Shown here: one piece after another, positions 34,487 through 43,905 of the stretch
How the letters are laid out: each line of letters opens with the position of its first letter
How positions within the stretch are numbered: position 1 is the stretch's first letter
Source: a virus
Strand: one strand, 5' to 3'
Length of the DNA: 64,000 nucleotides
Virus record (IMG/VR): IMGVR_UViG_3300048694_000674
Span: 1 to 64,000 of that record
The notes under the pieces: generated by a model
Database searches by the model: none
The model's input: the letters and a program-made list of their open reading frames with translations, nothing else
What the model was told of the DNA's origin: nothing
Program-made: the position numbers and the translations under genes

Positions 34487-34819
34487 TGCTGAGGTCGTTG
34501 AGGCGTTCAGAATAGACGTTTCGGACGGGAGGGCAGTACTCCCCCAGTCCACCATAGATACACTGGTCGTTGGGTGCAACAGTCCTCCTATTATAAAGAG
34601 GGTATGGCAGAAGAGACTAGTATATAACTGTTAGCACTGGGCAAAGCGGTGTCTCACAGTGTATCTTTGATGGGCTGGAAATCAGGTTCGACGGGATGTA
34701 GTAAAGGTGCGAAGAGACCAAAAGCAACGTTCAGATGCAAACGATAATGCACCTATCACTCTGGCACTAGCTGCCTGAGTATGAGCTTCGGGGCTGAGCT
34801 TGGAAACAGAATCAGCCCC
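34487..34819 (+). ncRNA. ssrA: Circularly permuted (two-piece) tmRNA
   Basis: T arm GGGAG-GGCAGTA-CTCCC and CCAGTCC-ACCA (ends 34554) precede 5' strand GGGCTGG (34672, G3:U70); tag ANDNAPITLALAA* at 34737-34778; outer ends approximate. Confidence 0.92.
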
Positions 34820-34851
34820 ACAAATTCCATTTACAACAAGGAGTATATAAT

Positions 34852-35067
34852 ATGAGCGCAGCATTTGATGAATTGTTAGTAAAGTATATCGACTTGAAGA
34901 ACAAGTATGATAATCTCTCTAAGAGTCTTGGTGGCAGCACTATCTCGCTATCAGGAGCTCCCCAAACTTTCTTAACAGAACCAGCACCAGCTCCATATGT
35001 TAAGTCAGGTTATACGGTCTCAGTTAATGCCATTTCTACTGACACTGTTAAGTTACTCGATAGTTAA
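34852..35067 (+). CDS. Hypothetical protein
   Basis: AAGGAG SD. Confidence 0.6.
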   Translation: MSAAFDELLVKYIDLKNKYDNLSKSLGGSTISLSGAPQTFLTEPAPAPYVKSGYTVSVNAISTDTVKLLDS

Positions 35068-35075
35068 TCCATATT

Positions 35076-35152
35076 GGTCTCTTAGCTCAGTTGGATAGAG
35101 CAACAGCCTTCTAAGCTGTGGGTCATTGGTTCGAGTCCAATAGAGATCGCCA
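35076..35152 (+). tRNA. tRNA-Arg(TCT)
   Basis: GGTCTCT/AGAGATC-GCCA; ACAGC-CTTCTAA-GCTGT; ATTGG-TTCGAGT-CCAAT. Confidence 0.93.
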
Positions 35153-35167
35153 TTTCTCGGAGCGCCT

Positions 35168-35377
35168 ATGCAAACGACGAAAATAATCCGCGATATACCT
35201 TTGGGTGTATTGATGTTAGTGGTGTCCCAGTTCTTCATTTATGGAGCATTGTACCTATCGAAGTTCCCAAATGTATTCGAATTTCTTGGTATTATGTTTT
35301 GTGTATGGGCGACTGGATTTTTGACTGACTTAGGCATCCGAGTTATTAAAGGAATTGAAGTTGCTGAATCTGAGTAA
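35168..35377 (+). CDS. Small two-TM membrane protein
   Basis: GGAG SD; two hydrophobic segments. Confidence 0.6.
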   Translation: MQTTKIIRDIPLGVLMLVVSQFFIYGALYLSKFPNVFEFLGIMFCVWATGFLTDLGIRVIKGIEVAESE

Positions 35378-35585
35378 TACATTTTTTGTACAAGAAATAG
35401 AAACATTATGCCAAACAAAGAGTATCGAATATATTGATGCGGTTGTTTATTGGTGCGAAAAGAATAATGTGGAGGTAGAATATGCTGCCGCATTGATCAA
35501 AAAAGACCCAGTATTTAAATCGAAGATAGAGGTGGAAGCTGAAAATCTCAATATCCTGAAAAAGGGAGCTCGATTGCCCGTATAA
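35355..35585 (+). CDS. 33: Late transcription coactivator gp33
   Basis: EYIDAVVYWCEKNNVE...KSKIEVEAENLN; near 59 and 32. Confidence 0.85.
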   Translation: MKLLNLSNTFFVQEIETLCQTKSIEYIDAVVYWCEKNNVEVEYAAALIKKDPVFKSKIEVEAENLNILKKGARLPV

Positions 35586-35615
35586 ATAATATTGGATACA
35601 ACATGGGAGATCCAA

Positions 35616-36068
35616 ATGCTATTACGAACAGCAGGTAAACCCAAAAGAGTTCCAATAAGTTTATGTAAGCAAGCCGTAAAGTGGTATGGTAAGTATCTGC
35701 TAGGCAGACTCTACCATAATATAGAGTTGAAGCTAGAGTTTGATAAGAAATCTCTAGGTCCGTATGTATATGGATGCTGTGATTGGAATGACGATAATCA
35801 CAAGGCTAGAAGCTTCACAATAACCGTTGATCCGAATCTCGGTAAAAGAAACATGCTACTCGTTATTGCCCACGAGATGGTTCATGTTAAACAATATGCC
35901 AAAGGCGAAATGAAAGACTATATCAAAATGGATAGAGTCAAATGGAAGGGTAAAGTTTATAATGAATCAATTATAGATTACTGGGAACATCCATGGGAGA
36001 TAGAGGCTCATGGTCGAGAAAAAGGTTTATACTATAAATTTCTTGAGAACGTTAAACAGAACCATTAA
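35616..36068 (+). CDS. HExxH zinc metallopeptidase-like protein
   Basis: IAHEMVHVKQY...PWEIEA; late promoter TATAAATA 35581-35588. Confidence 0.8.
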   Translation: MLLRTAGKPKRVPISLCKQAVKWYGKYLLGRLYHNIELKLEFDKKSLGPYVYGCCDWNDDNHKARSFTITVDPNLGKRNMLLVIAHEMVHVKQYAKGEMKDYIKMDRVKWKGKVYNESIIDYWEHPWEIEAHGREKGLYYKFLENVKQNH

Positions 36069-36074
36069 TTTATT

Positions 36075-36671
36075 ATGAGTGATGATACAATGTCTGCATT
36101 TGAATGTTATAAAGAGTATATAGCTCTAAAGAACCATTTCACAAAACCATCATATAGCTACCACAAGTATAACGGTAAAACAAAACTATCTTTTCAATCT
36201 TTCGAATCAAGAAAAGATAAGATATACTTTATGAAGGTAGCCAAGCATCCTGATCCAGTCAACTACATCTTATCTAACCTGTTGGAGAATGATAAGCTAT
36301 GGATTAAGGATATCGCTTATAGTGATAGCGCCAAGCTTGTTTATCAGGATTGGCAAAAGCGTCAGCAATCGCTGATGTATATGTTTTCACAAGAATTATC
36401 TAAACTTGCCAATGACTTTGATTCGAATTTCATTAGCGAGGATAACAGCCATCCATATGTAATCAAGTTATTCCTCAGAAAAGAGATTAGCTTGGAGACA
36501 TTGGTAATGCTTGTTGATCTAGTCAAGTGCGTAAAGACTTGGAAAAACAAGTATGAATACGACCCGATTGTTGATGAGCTCTTAACTAAAATTGTGAAGT
36601 ATCGTCCTTTCCTCCAATATGATCATGATAAAGTTAAGAAAACAGTCATTGACAATTTCAGCAATCGGTAG
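36075..36671 (+). CDS. 59: Helicase loader gp59
   Basis: YIALKNHFT..YSYHKYNGK, RKDKIYF, ISLETL, KYRPFL. Confidence 0.9.
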   Translation: MSDDTMSAFECYKEYIALKNHFTKPSYSYHKYNGKTKLSFQSFESRKDKIYFMKVAKHPDPVNYILSNLLENDKLWIKDIAYSDSAKLVYQDWQKRQQSLMYMFSQELSKLANDFDSNFISEDNSHPYVIKLFLRKEISLETLVMLVDLVKCVKTWKNKYEYDPIVDELLTKIVKYRPFLQYDHDKVKKTVIDNFSNR

Positions 36672-36677
36672 TATAAT
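36649..36677 (+). promoter_or_regulatory. sigma70-type promoter for gene 32
   Basis: TTGACA-17-TATAAT; leader hairpin then A-rich tract. Confidence 0.75.
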
Positions 36678-36744
36678 AAATAATGTTGCGAGCTTATGCT
36701 CAACATAACTAATATGATTAATACAAACAATACGGAGAATACAA

Positions 36745-37653
36745 ATGGTAGATTTCGCAAAACTTAAAGCTATGTCTGGTAAGAAGTCACTCGAATCTCT
36801 TACTGCCGAACTTAATAAGATCAATGGTAATCAGAACGATAAGTCAAAGGATGATCGCTTCTGGTATCCTAATGTGGATAAAGCTGGCAATGGTTACGCT
36901 GTTATTCGCTTCCTCCCCGCACCAAATGAAGAAGATGTTCCGTTCATTCGCATGTTCGAACATGGTTTCAAAGGTCCATCGGGTTCATGGTATATTGAAA
37001 ACTCTCTCACAACTATCGGTAAGCAGGATCCTGTTGGCGAGTTAAACACTCAGCTCTGGAATTCTGGTCTTGAATCCGATAAGGAAGTTGCTCGTAAGCA
37101 AAAGCGTAAGCTTCACTTCGTCAGCAATATCTATGTTGTGACTGATCAACAAAATCCTGAGAATGAAGGTAAAGTCTTTCTGTTCAAGTATGGCAAGAAG
37201 GTATTCGATAAGTTGAATGAGGCTATGAATCCTCAGTTTGCTGATGAAGATCCTATGAATCCATTCGATCTTTGGTCTGGTGCTAACTTCAAGTTGAAGA
37301 TTCGCAACGTCGAAGGCTATCGTAACTATGATAAGTCTGAGTTCGCTGCAGCTGGTCCATTGTTCAATGATGATGAGGAAATGGAAGCAGTTTGGAAGAA
37401 GTGCCATTCACTTCAAGCATTCCTAGCTCCTTCTAACTTCAAGTCCTATGATGAATTGAAGGCTCGCTTGAATAAGGTTCTTGGTCTTGATGGTTCAACT
37501 CGCGCTGTTGCTAAGGTTGTTGATGAAGAACTTCCTTGGCAAAACGAAGAAGCTCCTGCTCCTGCATTGAAGGCAAAGGCAGCTCCGAAGTTTGACGAGG
37601 ATGAAGAAGAGGATGAAGATATGCTCCTCTTTGCCAAGATTGCTAATGGCTAA
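36745..37653 (+). CDS. 32: Single-stranded DNA-binding protein gp32
   Basis: GNGYAVIRFLP, WYIENSLTT, GANFKLKIR, NYDKSEF; acidic tail. Confidence 0.96.
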   Translation: MVDFAKLKAMSGKKSLESLTAELNKINGNQNDKSKDDRFWYPNVDKAGNGYAVIRFLPAPNEEDVPFIRMFEHGFKGPSGSWYIENSLTTIGKQDPVGELNTQLWNSGLESDKEVARKQKRKLHFVSNIYVVTDQQNPENEGKVFLFKYGKKVFDKLNEAMNPQFADEDPMNPFDLWSGANFKLKIRNVEGYRNYDKSEFAAAGPLFNDDEEMEAVWKKCHSLQAFLAPSNFKSYDELKARLNKVLGLDGSTRAVAKVVDEELPWQNEEAPAPALKAKAAPKFDEDEEEDEDMLLFAKIANG

Positions 37654-37661
37654 AATGAATT

Positions 37662-37688
37662 GGGGAGCTTTTCAGCTCCCCTTTTTTT
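37662..37688 (+). terminator. Rho-independent terminator between convergent genes
   Basis: GGGGAGCT-TTTC-AGCTCCCC followed by T-run. Confidence 0.85.
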
Positions 37689-37689
37689 A

Positions 37690-38154
37690 TTACTTTGTAA
37701 TCTTTTCCTGAGTTCTACCATATGCGGTAACACCAAGGATAGCACCGAAGGCAAGATGAATCAATCCACCATTATCGAGTGTGATTGACTTCCATGCAAC
37801 ATATGGTAATCCTTTAATGAATACTGGCATGAACATCGAGATAATTGGGAATCCAACAAAGTCACAAAAGCAGATAAGCATATAGAGCCAACCCATTGCT
37901 GGTCTCCAATATGCTTTCATCCAATGTTCGTCTTGTTTAGCGTTCTCTTTTTCCCATTGTTGTTTCTCTAACTCAATCTTAGCAAGCTGTGCTGCTTCTG
38001 ATAGTTGTTGAGTGGGAGCAGAAGAAGAGGATGATGATGTGAATGTAGTAGTAATAGAAGCTGCAGCACCTTTTGTAGCAGGTGGAATTTGATCCATCGC
38101 AGGTTTAGCAACAACTGGCTCTACACTATCATCGACAGTTCCAAATTTAGCCAT
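37690..38154 (-). CDS. Membrane protein, holin-like (3TM/GTA-holin-related)
   Basis: WRPAMGWLY...GAILGVTAYGRTQEK. Confidence 0.65.
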   Translation of the reverse strand: MAKFGTVDDSVEPVVAKPAMDQIPPATKGAAASITTTFTSSSSSSAPTQQLSEAAQLAKIELEKQQWEKENAKQDEHWMKAYWRPAMGWLYMLICFCDFVGFPIISMFMPVFIKGLPYVAWKSITLDNGGLIHLAFGAILGVTAYGRTQEKITK

Positions 38155-38177
38155 GTTATTTTCCTTTTTATTATTAT

Positions 38178-39824
38178 CTAACTATGGTATAAATATAGCA
38201 ATTCAGATGATGTAGGTGGTTTATGTCCAACGACATTATTTATTTCTTGTTCGCTCTGGCTATTTTCCTCGCTATAATATGACATCTCATTATACTGGCT
38301 TTGTTGAGAGTAGTCACCAGATTGTTGTGGGCTATCATATCCACCCATCATCATTTGTGGCTGTTCTTCGACAGCTCCAAGTTGAGCAGCTGATTGTATA
38401 ATTTGAGGTAGCATCATTGCCATTGTTTGGACAGGATCTGATTGCATACCACTGTTCATTCTATCTCCTGGAACACTTGAGTGTGTTGGTTGCGAACCAG
38501 AGTACATATTTGCTACGCTTGAATATTTTGGATCTGAACCGCCAAACATACTGCGAGTAATACCAGCTGGAATAACACTATCGCCCTGTTGAAGATTGCG
38601 AATAACTGGTCCTCTACCAGATGATTTCATTTGACCTGACTTGCTGATGATTGCTTCTGGTCCAAGTTCGCCAGTAATTGCTGGACCAGTTTTTGGAACA
38701 TACATTGATCCTAACATATACGCAGGAAGTTGTTTGACATCGACGCTACCACCTTCACTTTTTGCTATAGAAAAGTGCATTGGGTCTTTTACTGATCTCC
38801 AATTCATTCCCCAACCAAGACCCCACTTTGCTGCTATTTCAGCTGTTTGTGGTGGTAGATCTGTTTGTGTTGTCCCATATGGATTCGTCGAAGGATTGAT
38901 GTCAATCGCAGCACCAAGACCATGAAAACTTAATTTAGAGGGATCAGATTTATTTGGTCTATTTGCATAACCTCCTATCGATTTAATTTTATAACCAGTT
39001 GCTTCTAGATCAGAAACAAATCCTTGAAATTTGTCGATATAATTAGCGCCAACTCTTGCAGGACCAGCAGAAGTTTTGATAATATCAAGAGGTACGTTTG
39101 TTCTTCCACCAGCTAATCTATTACCAACATCCTTAACAGCTTTTTCTCTATCTTCAGCATCTTTAGGAGCAGGAGCAGGTAATAATCCTGGAGAAGATTG
39201 TGAAACATTTACTCCACCAATCCCTTTTACTTCATTTGCTTTGATTAACATTTCATTTGCTGAGAATACAATATCATTAGCAGAGAACTCAATTATATTA
39301 CCATTTACATCTTTTACTGCATCTGATTTATTTTTATTAGCTGCATATCTTGGATCATTGATTGATGTTCCTACCATCCCACCAGTCATTCTATAAACAA
39401 AGTCATCTACCTTTGCAGCTCCTGGAATGTTTTCATTTATCCAATTTCCAATTATACTGTTTCCCGCCTTAGATTCATCAGCATCGAGGAAATGAGAAAC
39501 GCCTCCAGCAATCGCAGCTGGTATTGCAGCTATAGCTAGACCAGCCAATGCGCTTAGGATAGATGTACCACCAAACCCACCACTGCCACCTGTCTTAACA
39601 TTTTCCAACGATTTCAACATCTCAACAAGAAGATAGTTCTGTGTTTGTTGTGCGTCTATCAGTACTTTGGTAAGTTCAGTTGATTGTGATATTGCTTCAC
39701 CAACTGCAGCGATAGTTCCCTGTTCAGCAGTTGTTGGTTTTTCCTGCACCATGGTAGCATTAATACTACGGTATTTTTTCTTTTCACTGAATAATGCAGA
39801 AAATATAGTTGAGAGTAAAGCCAT
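38178..39824 (-). CDS. Tail/hub protein with M15-family peptidoglycan peptidase domain
   Basis: GGYANR..SFHGLGAAIDIN..WGLGWG..DPMHFS; GELGPE motif. Confidence 0.8.
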   Translation of the reverse strand: MALLSTIFSALFSEKKKYRSINATMVQEKPTTAEQGTIAAVGEAISQSTELTKVLIDAQQTQNYLLVEMLKSLENVKTGGSGGFGGTSILSALAGLAIAAIPAAIAGGVSHFLDADESKAGNSIIGNWINENIPGAAKVDDFVYRMTGGMVGTSINDPRYAANKNKSDAVKDVNGNIIEFSANDIVFSANEMLIKANEVKGIGGVNVSQSSPGLLPAPAPKDAEDREKAVKDVGNRLAGGRTNVPLDIIKTSAGPARVGANYIDKFQGFVSDLEATGYKIKSIGGYANRPNKSDPSKLSFHGLGAAIDINPSTNPYGTTQTDLPPQTAEIAAKWGLGWGMNWRSVKDPMHFSIAKSEGGSVDVKQLPAYMLGSMYVPKTGPAITGELGPEAIISKSGQMKSSGRGPVIRNLQQGDSVIPAGITRSMFGGSDPKYSSVANMYSGSQPTHSSVPGDRMNSGMQSDPVQTMAMMLPQIIQSAAQLGAVEEQPQMMMGGYDSPQQSGDYSQQSQYNEMSYYSEENSQSEQEINNVVGHKPPTSSELLYLYHS

Positions 39825-42259
39825 TATCTTCTTGCTCTACCGATGTGATGATGCAATCCCTGATATGCCGCATACCCAAGAGCAACAGTTCCGAGTATCT
39901 CGAACACACGTCTGATCATATCATCATTGCCACCATCAACAACTCCAGGCTGTTTTGGTTTTGCTGTTTTGCTTTCAACATGCTTATCCAGTTTCTTTGA
40001 GACTACTGGTTTTGGTGCTGGTTGTGAAACAGAAGGAAGACCACTGAATTGATATGGGCTTACTGATCCAAATGTTTGAACACTTGGAGAAATTGGATAT
40101 AATTGTGCTGCTGGAGTGGCTTGACCTGGACCCAGAGGTAAACCAGATACTGGATCTATCGAATAAGGTTTGTCTGTACCTTTTAATGCTCTTTCGAGAA
40201 TATCTCCCTGTTCAAATTCATATCCAAAAGCTGGTTGATAATCTTCAACATTTATTGCGCCAATTTCGTCCAAATATGCGCCAGCTCCTCTGCGAGCTTT
40301 ATATCTATTAGCAGCATCAGTTAATGAAGCGCCTCTGCCAGCTAAAATATCGCCAACCTGTTTTAAATTTTTACTTCGATCTTCAACATCTCCTGGGACT
40401 GCTTTATTAGCTTCAACGAAATCATCCCACTGTGCGCTTGCTTGACGTACTGTTTGGCCAAGCACTTGAGACATTGGAGTTAATGGTACATCGGTTAGAG
40501 TTGGAGGATTCAATCCACCACTCCAATCAGCAATTGGAATTCTAGTATCAGTAGTTGGCGAGCGAGCTGCTGCAGGTGTTGTTTGAGGAGTTGCTTGCGC
40601 TGGCGTTTGTGTAGTTGTTACTGGAGCTGTATTAGTGTTTGTTAAATTAGCTTTAACTTCTTGGTTTGTGGCTACTGTACCACCACCCATCTTAGCACTA
40701 ATTGATGTTAGTTTTGCTCCATAATCTGGATCTGTTGCATATCCAGATCTGGATTGAGCGGCAATAGCTTCATTGATATTTTTAGCAGCAATAACACCTT
40801 TATATCTTTTATCAGACATTAAAAGATTAACATAATCTGCAGCTGATTCTGTTGGATCGCTATAAGATCTGAAATTCTGTTTGGTGGTAACCATTTTACC
40901 ACCAACAAACTCTTGTGTGGTAGCACTTACAGAATTTGGACCAGAACCTTTTATTCCGAACGCATTATTTCCAACCATGCGTCTACCATATCCAGTTTCA
41001 AGTGAAGTTTGTGTTGCTCCTAGTTGAGCAATAACTTCTGGATTTGGCACGCCTTTCTCTTTTGCAGCTGCATATACAGCATTGTACATTTTATCATAAT
41101 AACTTTTTTGAGATTCTGTTGCAGGTGAAGGAGCGACGCCTGGAGTTATAGGTGTAGTTGGAGTTGGTGGAGTAATCGCTTGTGTAGCGCCTCCACCTAC
41201 TATCGGTGTTTGTGTTGAAAGATTAGGTGTTCCCTGTGGCGTTTGTATTGATGCTGCTGGACCAGTTGCTCCACTAGAAGCGCCACCACCTCCACCCATA
41301 CCGCTAGCAGTAGAAGTTGTGCTACTTTTTGAATCGATCGTTAACGTACCAACTTCAAATGTAAGTTTCTGTGCACTGAAACGTAACTCATCAGCTTTAA
41401 ATGTTATATTGTTTTTGCCACCTCTTTGTTGAGCTTCAGCTATAGCCTGAGATTGTTTCTTATTGTCGCCAAAGAAATAGTCATATCCTTTTTGACCAAG
41501 TTCACTACCAGCTATTGAACCACCAATACCACCAATGACTCCACCTGCAAGAGAACCAAATGGTCCTCCAATCATTCCCAGCGCAGCACCAGCTTCAGCT
41601 CCTGCAATACCGCCAGCTAAAGCACCACCACCAGCTGTTGCAGCTTTACCAACACTACCAGTTTGTTCATAAACATCTGATGCTTCTAATGCAGCACCAA
41701 TACCAGGAAGTAATTTTCTACCTAAAAATCCACCAATTCCTGGACCTTTGACTTTACCACCAACTCCTTTTGGCGTTTTACCACCAGCTGCAGGTTTAGC
41801 TCCACCACCAACACGACCAATTGGAATTTTATCTGTCAGATTTTTGATAGCATCTAATATACCACCACCATCTTTTGATATATTACCAATCTTTTCGGCG
41901 ATCTCAGATAGTAATGTTGATGATTGTTCCATCTCAGCCAGTTGTTCTCTGAGAATGGTATTATTATCACGTATATAATCTTGGATTGATTCGAGCTCTA
42001 ATCTAAGTTCAGCTTTATCTCGCTTATCTTCATTGTCGAGCTTCTGTTTGTCTTCTTGAAAAACCTTACGTTGTTTTTCATTATTATACGTATCAGGGAA
42101 AATGGAACTGAGAAACTTGGCATATCCAGGAAGCGTTTCCTCGATTGCTTTACCTTCTTCGTCGGTAAATCTATCCTGTTTGTCGCGATAAATGTTTCTG
42201 CCGCCAACAACACCCACAAACTCGTGACCAAGTTTATTATTCTTTTTCTTTTTAGCCAT
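39824..42259 (-). CDS. Tape-measure/hub-like protein with GH73 glucosaminidase domain
   Basis: Coiled coil and Gly-rich hydrophobic region; SLETGYG, NNAFGIK, FRSY, GYATDPDY. Confidence 0.8.
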   Translation of the reverse strand: MAKKKKNNKLGHEFVGVVGGRNIYRDKQDRFTDEEGKAIEETLPGYAKFLSSIFPDTYNNEKQRKVFQEDKQKLDNEDKRDKAELRLELESIQDYIRDNNTILREQLAEMEQSSTLLSEIAEKIGNISKDGGGILDAIKNLTDKIPIGRVGGGAKPAAGGKTPKGVGGKVKGPGIGGFLGRKLLPGIGAALEASDVYEQTGSVGKAATAGGGALAGGIAGAEAGAALGMIGGPFGSLAGGVIGGIGGSIAGSELGQKGYDYFFGDNKKQSQAIAEAQQRGGKNNITFKADELRFSAQKLTFEVGTLTIDSKSSTTSTASGMGGGGGASSGATGPAASIQTPQGTPNLSTQTPIVGGGATQAITPPTPTTPITPGVAPSPATESQKSYYDKMYNAVYAAAKEKGVPNPEVIAQLGATQTSLETGYGRRMVGNNAFGIKGSGPNSVSATTQEFVGGKMVTTKQNFRSYSDPTESAADYVNLLMSDKRYKGVIAAKNINEAIAAQSRSGYATDPDYGAKLTSISAKMGGGTVATNQEVKANLTNTNTAPVTTTQTPAQATPQTTPAAARSPTTDTRIPIADWSGGLNPPTLTDVPLTPMSQVLGQTVRQASAQWDDFVEANKAVPGDVEDRSKNLKQVGDILAGRGASLTDAANRYKARRGAGAYLDEIGAINVEDYQPAFGYEFEQGDILERALKGTDKPYSIDPVSGLPLGPGQATPAAQLYPISPSVQTFGSVSPYQFSGLPSVSQPAPKPVVSKKLDKHVESKTAKPKQPGVVDGGNDDMIRRVFEILGTVALGYAAYQGLHHHIGRARR

Positions 42260-42298
42260 TTATGAGCCTGTTATTATTGAATTTATTATATTTAGTTG

Positions 42299-42481
42299 TT
42301 ACCTAGCCTGTTTTTGTTTCTCTTCCAGTTCTTTCAGATAAGCAGATAGTAACTCAACATATATGTCACGCTCAAAAACTATTAGATTCTCTATTTCAGA
42401 TAAAGACCATTTGTGGTGATGAGTCAGAGCAAAAATGGTCTTATAATAGTTGTCGAGCGTATTGTGAGTTACCGCAACGTA
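42299..42481 (-). CDS. Start-less gp51-like ORF, predicted -1 frameshift extension of the upstream gene
   Basis: ...HHHKWSLSEIENLIVFERDIYVELL...; no ATG/GTG/TTG between flanking stops; T TTT TTT at 42487-42481. Confidence 0.75.
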   Translation of the reverse strand, partial: YVAVTHNTLDNYYKTIFALTHHHKWSLSEIENLIVFERDIYVELLSAYLKELEEKQKQAR

Positions 42482-43194
42482 AAAAAATCGGTTAATGCCT
42501 TCATCTCAATTGTGCGGGTATTACCAAGCGAGTTTTTGTATTCTATCTTGTAATAGAGCGAAGGTAGATTAAACATAAACTCGCGAATCTTTTCGAAGCT
42601 CTGAATATCCATCAATTCAATAAACTCAAGCATATCTTCTTCTGAAAAATCTTTGCTCTCATATACATTTTCTGAGTCATAGACCTGATCAATACATCGG
42701 ACTATCAATCTATAGAATGTTTCTTCGCCCTGTGCGCCGAGGAATGTTTTGTCATCATAGATTTCTGCTGTTGGATATCTCATAATCAAACCAGAAGTAG
42801 GTGTGATCGCAATCTTAGTATCAATCTTCTTTGGATAAACAATTGATACTTTCTTTAGATCAACTTCAAACTCATAGCTCTTTTCATCCTCTGTATCTCT
42901 GTATGATACTTTGATTGTATCGCCAATAGAAAAACCACGAAGGCGAACAAACAAATACTCCAATGCAAATAGAGATATCTTTTCAACATTGAGCGAAGGA
43001 TCAAGACAACAATTTGTTACAACCTGTTTGATTGCAGAAAGAATGTCTGTTGGTTCCTCGCTGACTTTTGCCATCAAAAGAAGCTTTTCTTCTTTGACCA
43101 ACATTGGTCGAAACATATATTGTTTCTTTTCGGGAGGGATTGCAATGTTGATTGTCGGATAATCAATTTTAGGTAACTGCATATTATACTCCAA
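42469..43194 (-). CDS. Baseplate hub assembly protein (T4 gp26/gp51 family)
   Basis: LPKI, FRPMLVKEEKLLLMA, EYLFVRLR..SIG, MRYP, C-terminal DFF. Confidence 0.88.
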   Translation of the reverse strand: MEYNMQLPKIDYPTINIAIPPEKKQYMFRPMLVKEEKLLLMAKVSEEPTDILSAIKQVVTNCCLDPSLNVEKISLFALEYLFVRLRGFSIGDTIKVSYRDTEDEKSYEFEVDLKKVSIVYPKKIDTKIAITPTSGLIMRYPTAEIYDDKTFLGAQGEETFYRLIVRCIDQVYDSENVYESKDFSEEDMLEFIELMDIQSFEKIREFMFNLPSLYYKIEYKNSLGNTRTIEMKALTDFFTLR

Positions 43195-43206
43195 TTGTTA
43201 CATAAA

Positions 43207-43902
43207 TTATGGTTGTGGTTGACGAGTAGTTCTTACTCCACCAAGAGTTGTTTGAGTTTGAGGATCGCCGAGCACCCATTCTCTGAATGTCAATCTTGTT
43301 GTTATCTTTACTAGATTATTATGATCGCTCCAGCTGAGAGGAACGTCATTAATAGAAATCGGATAAGCTTTCAGCAATGTTGTTCTTATTGCCTCGAGTC
43401 CAGAAGTATCATATACTGTGATGTTGACAGTCGCTGCGTAATTGTCTTTGTACTCAGCTGTATAGAATGAGCCTCTCAAATTTGAATTAATATCATTGTT
43501 TATTGGTCCAAATATATTTGTTTTCGATTCATGACCATTCATACCAAAAATATAATTGAACCATGTATACCAAAACGAATATGCAAGACCAAATCTATCA
43601 CAAACAAATGTCAAATCAATATCAGTGTAGTTGGCAGAGAATGGCATTTTTTCTTGAATACCAAGACCAAGACGATTGATATCTGTTGTACGCATCGCCA
43701 TTCCAGGTATCGAAGCATTAATACAACGATATGTCAGATCACGAGATGTTTGTCTATTCGAATCGCTATTACCAGCCTGATCGTTAATTCTATAACCTGC
43801 TAACGGACCCTGAAGAAAGATGGTAACATCGTATTTGTTTGTTTGTAGTATACCATCGTCTTCAATATATGCCTTAAAACGTTCTATGTCGAAACCGTAC
43901 AT
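43207..43902 (-). CDS. 54: Tail tube initiator gp54-like
   Basis: CINASIPG, YKDNY, AYPISI, LSW, FREW tube-family motifs. Confidence 0.7.
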   Translation of the reverse strand: MYGFDIERFKAYIEDDGILQTNKYDVTIFLQGPLAGYRINDQAGNSDSNRQTSRDLTYRCINASIPGMAMRTTDINRLGLGIQEKMPFSANYTDIDLTFVCDRFGLAYSFWYTWFNYIFGMNGHESKTNIFGPINNDINSNLRGSFYTAEYKDNYAATVNITVYDTSGLEAIRTTLLKAYPISINDVPLSWSDHNNLVKITTRLTFREWVLGDPQTQTTLGGVRTTRQPQP

Positions 43903-43905
43903 TTA

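Noticed and set aside
34262-34864. Minus-strand ORFs 34262-34579 and 34682-34864
   Set aside because: Antisense to the structured RNA and tmRNA; no recognisable protein features
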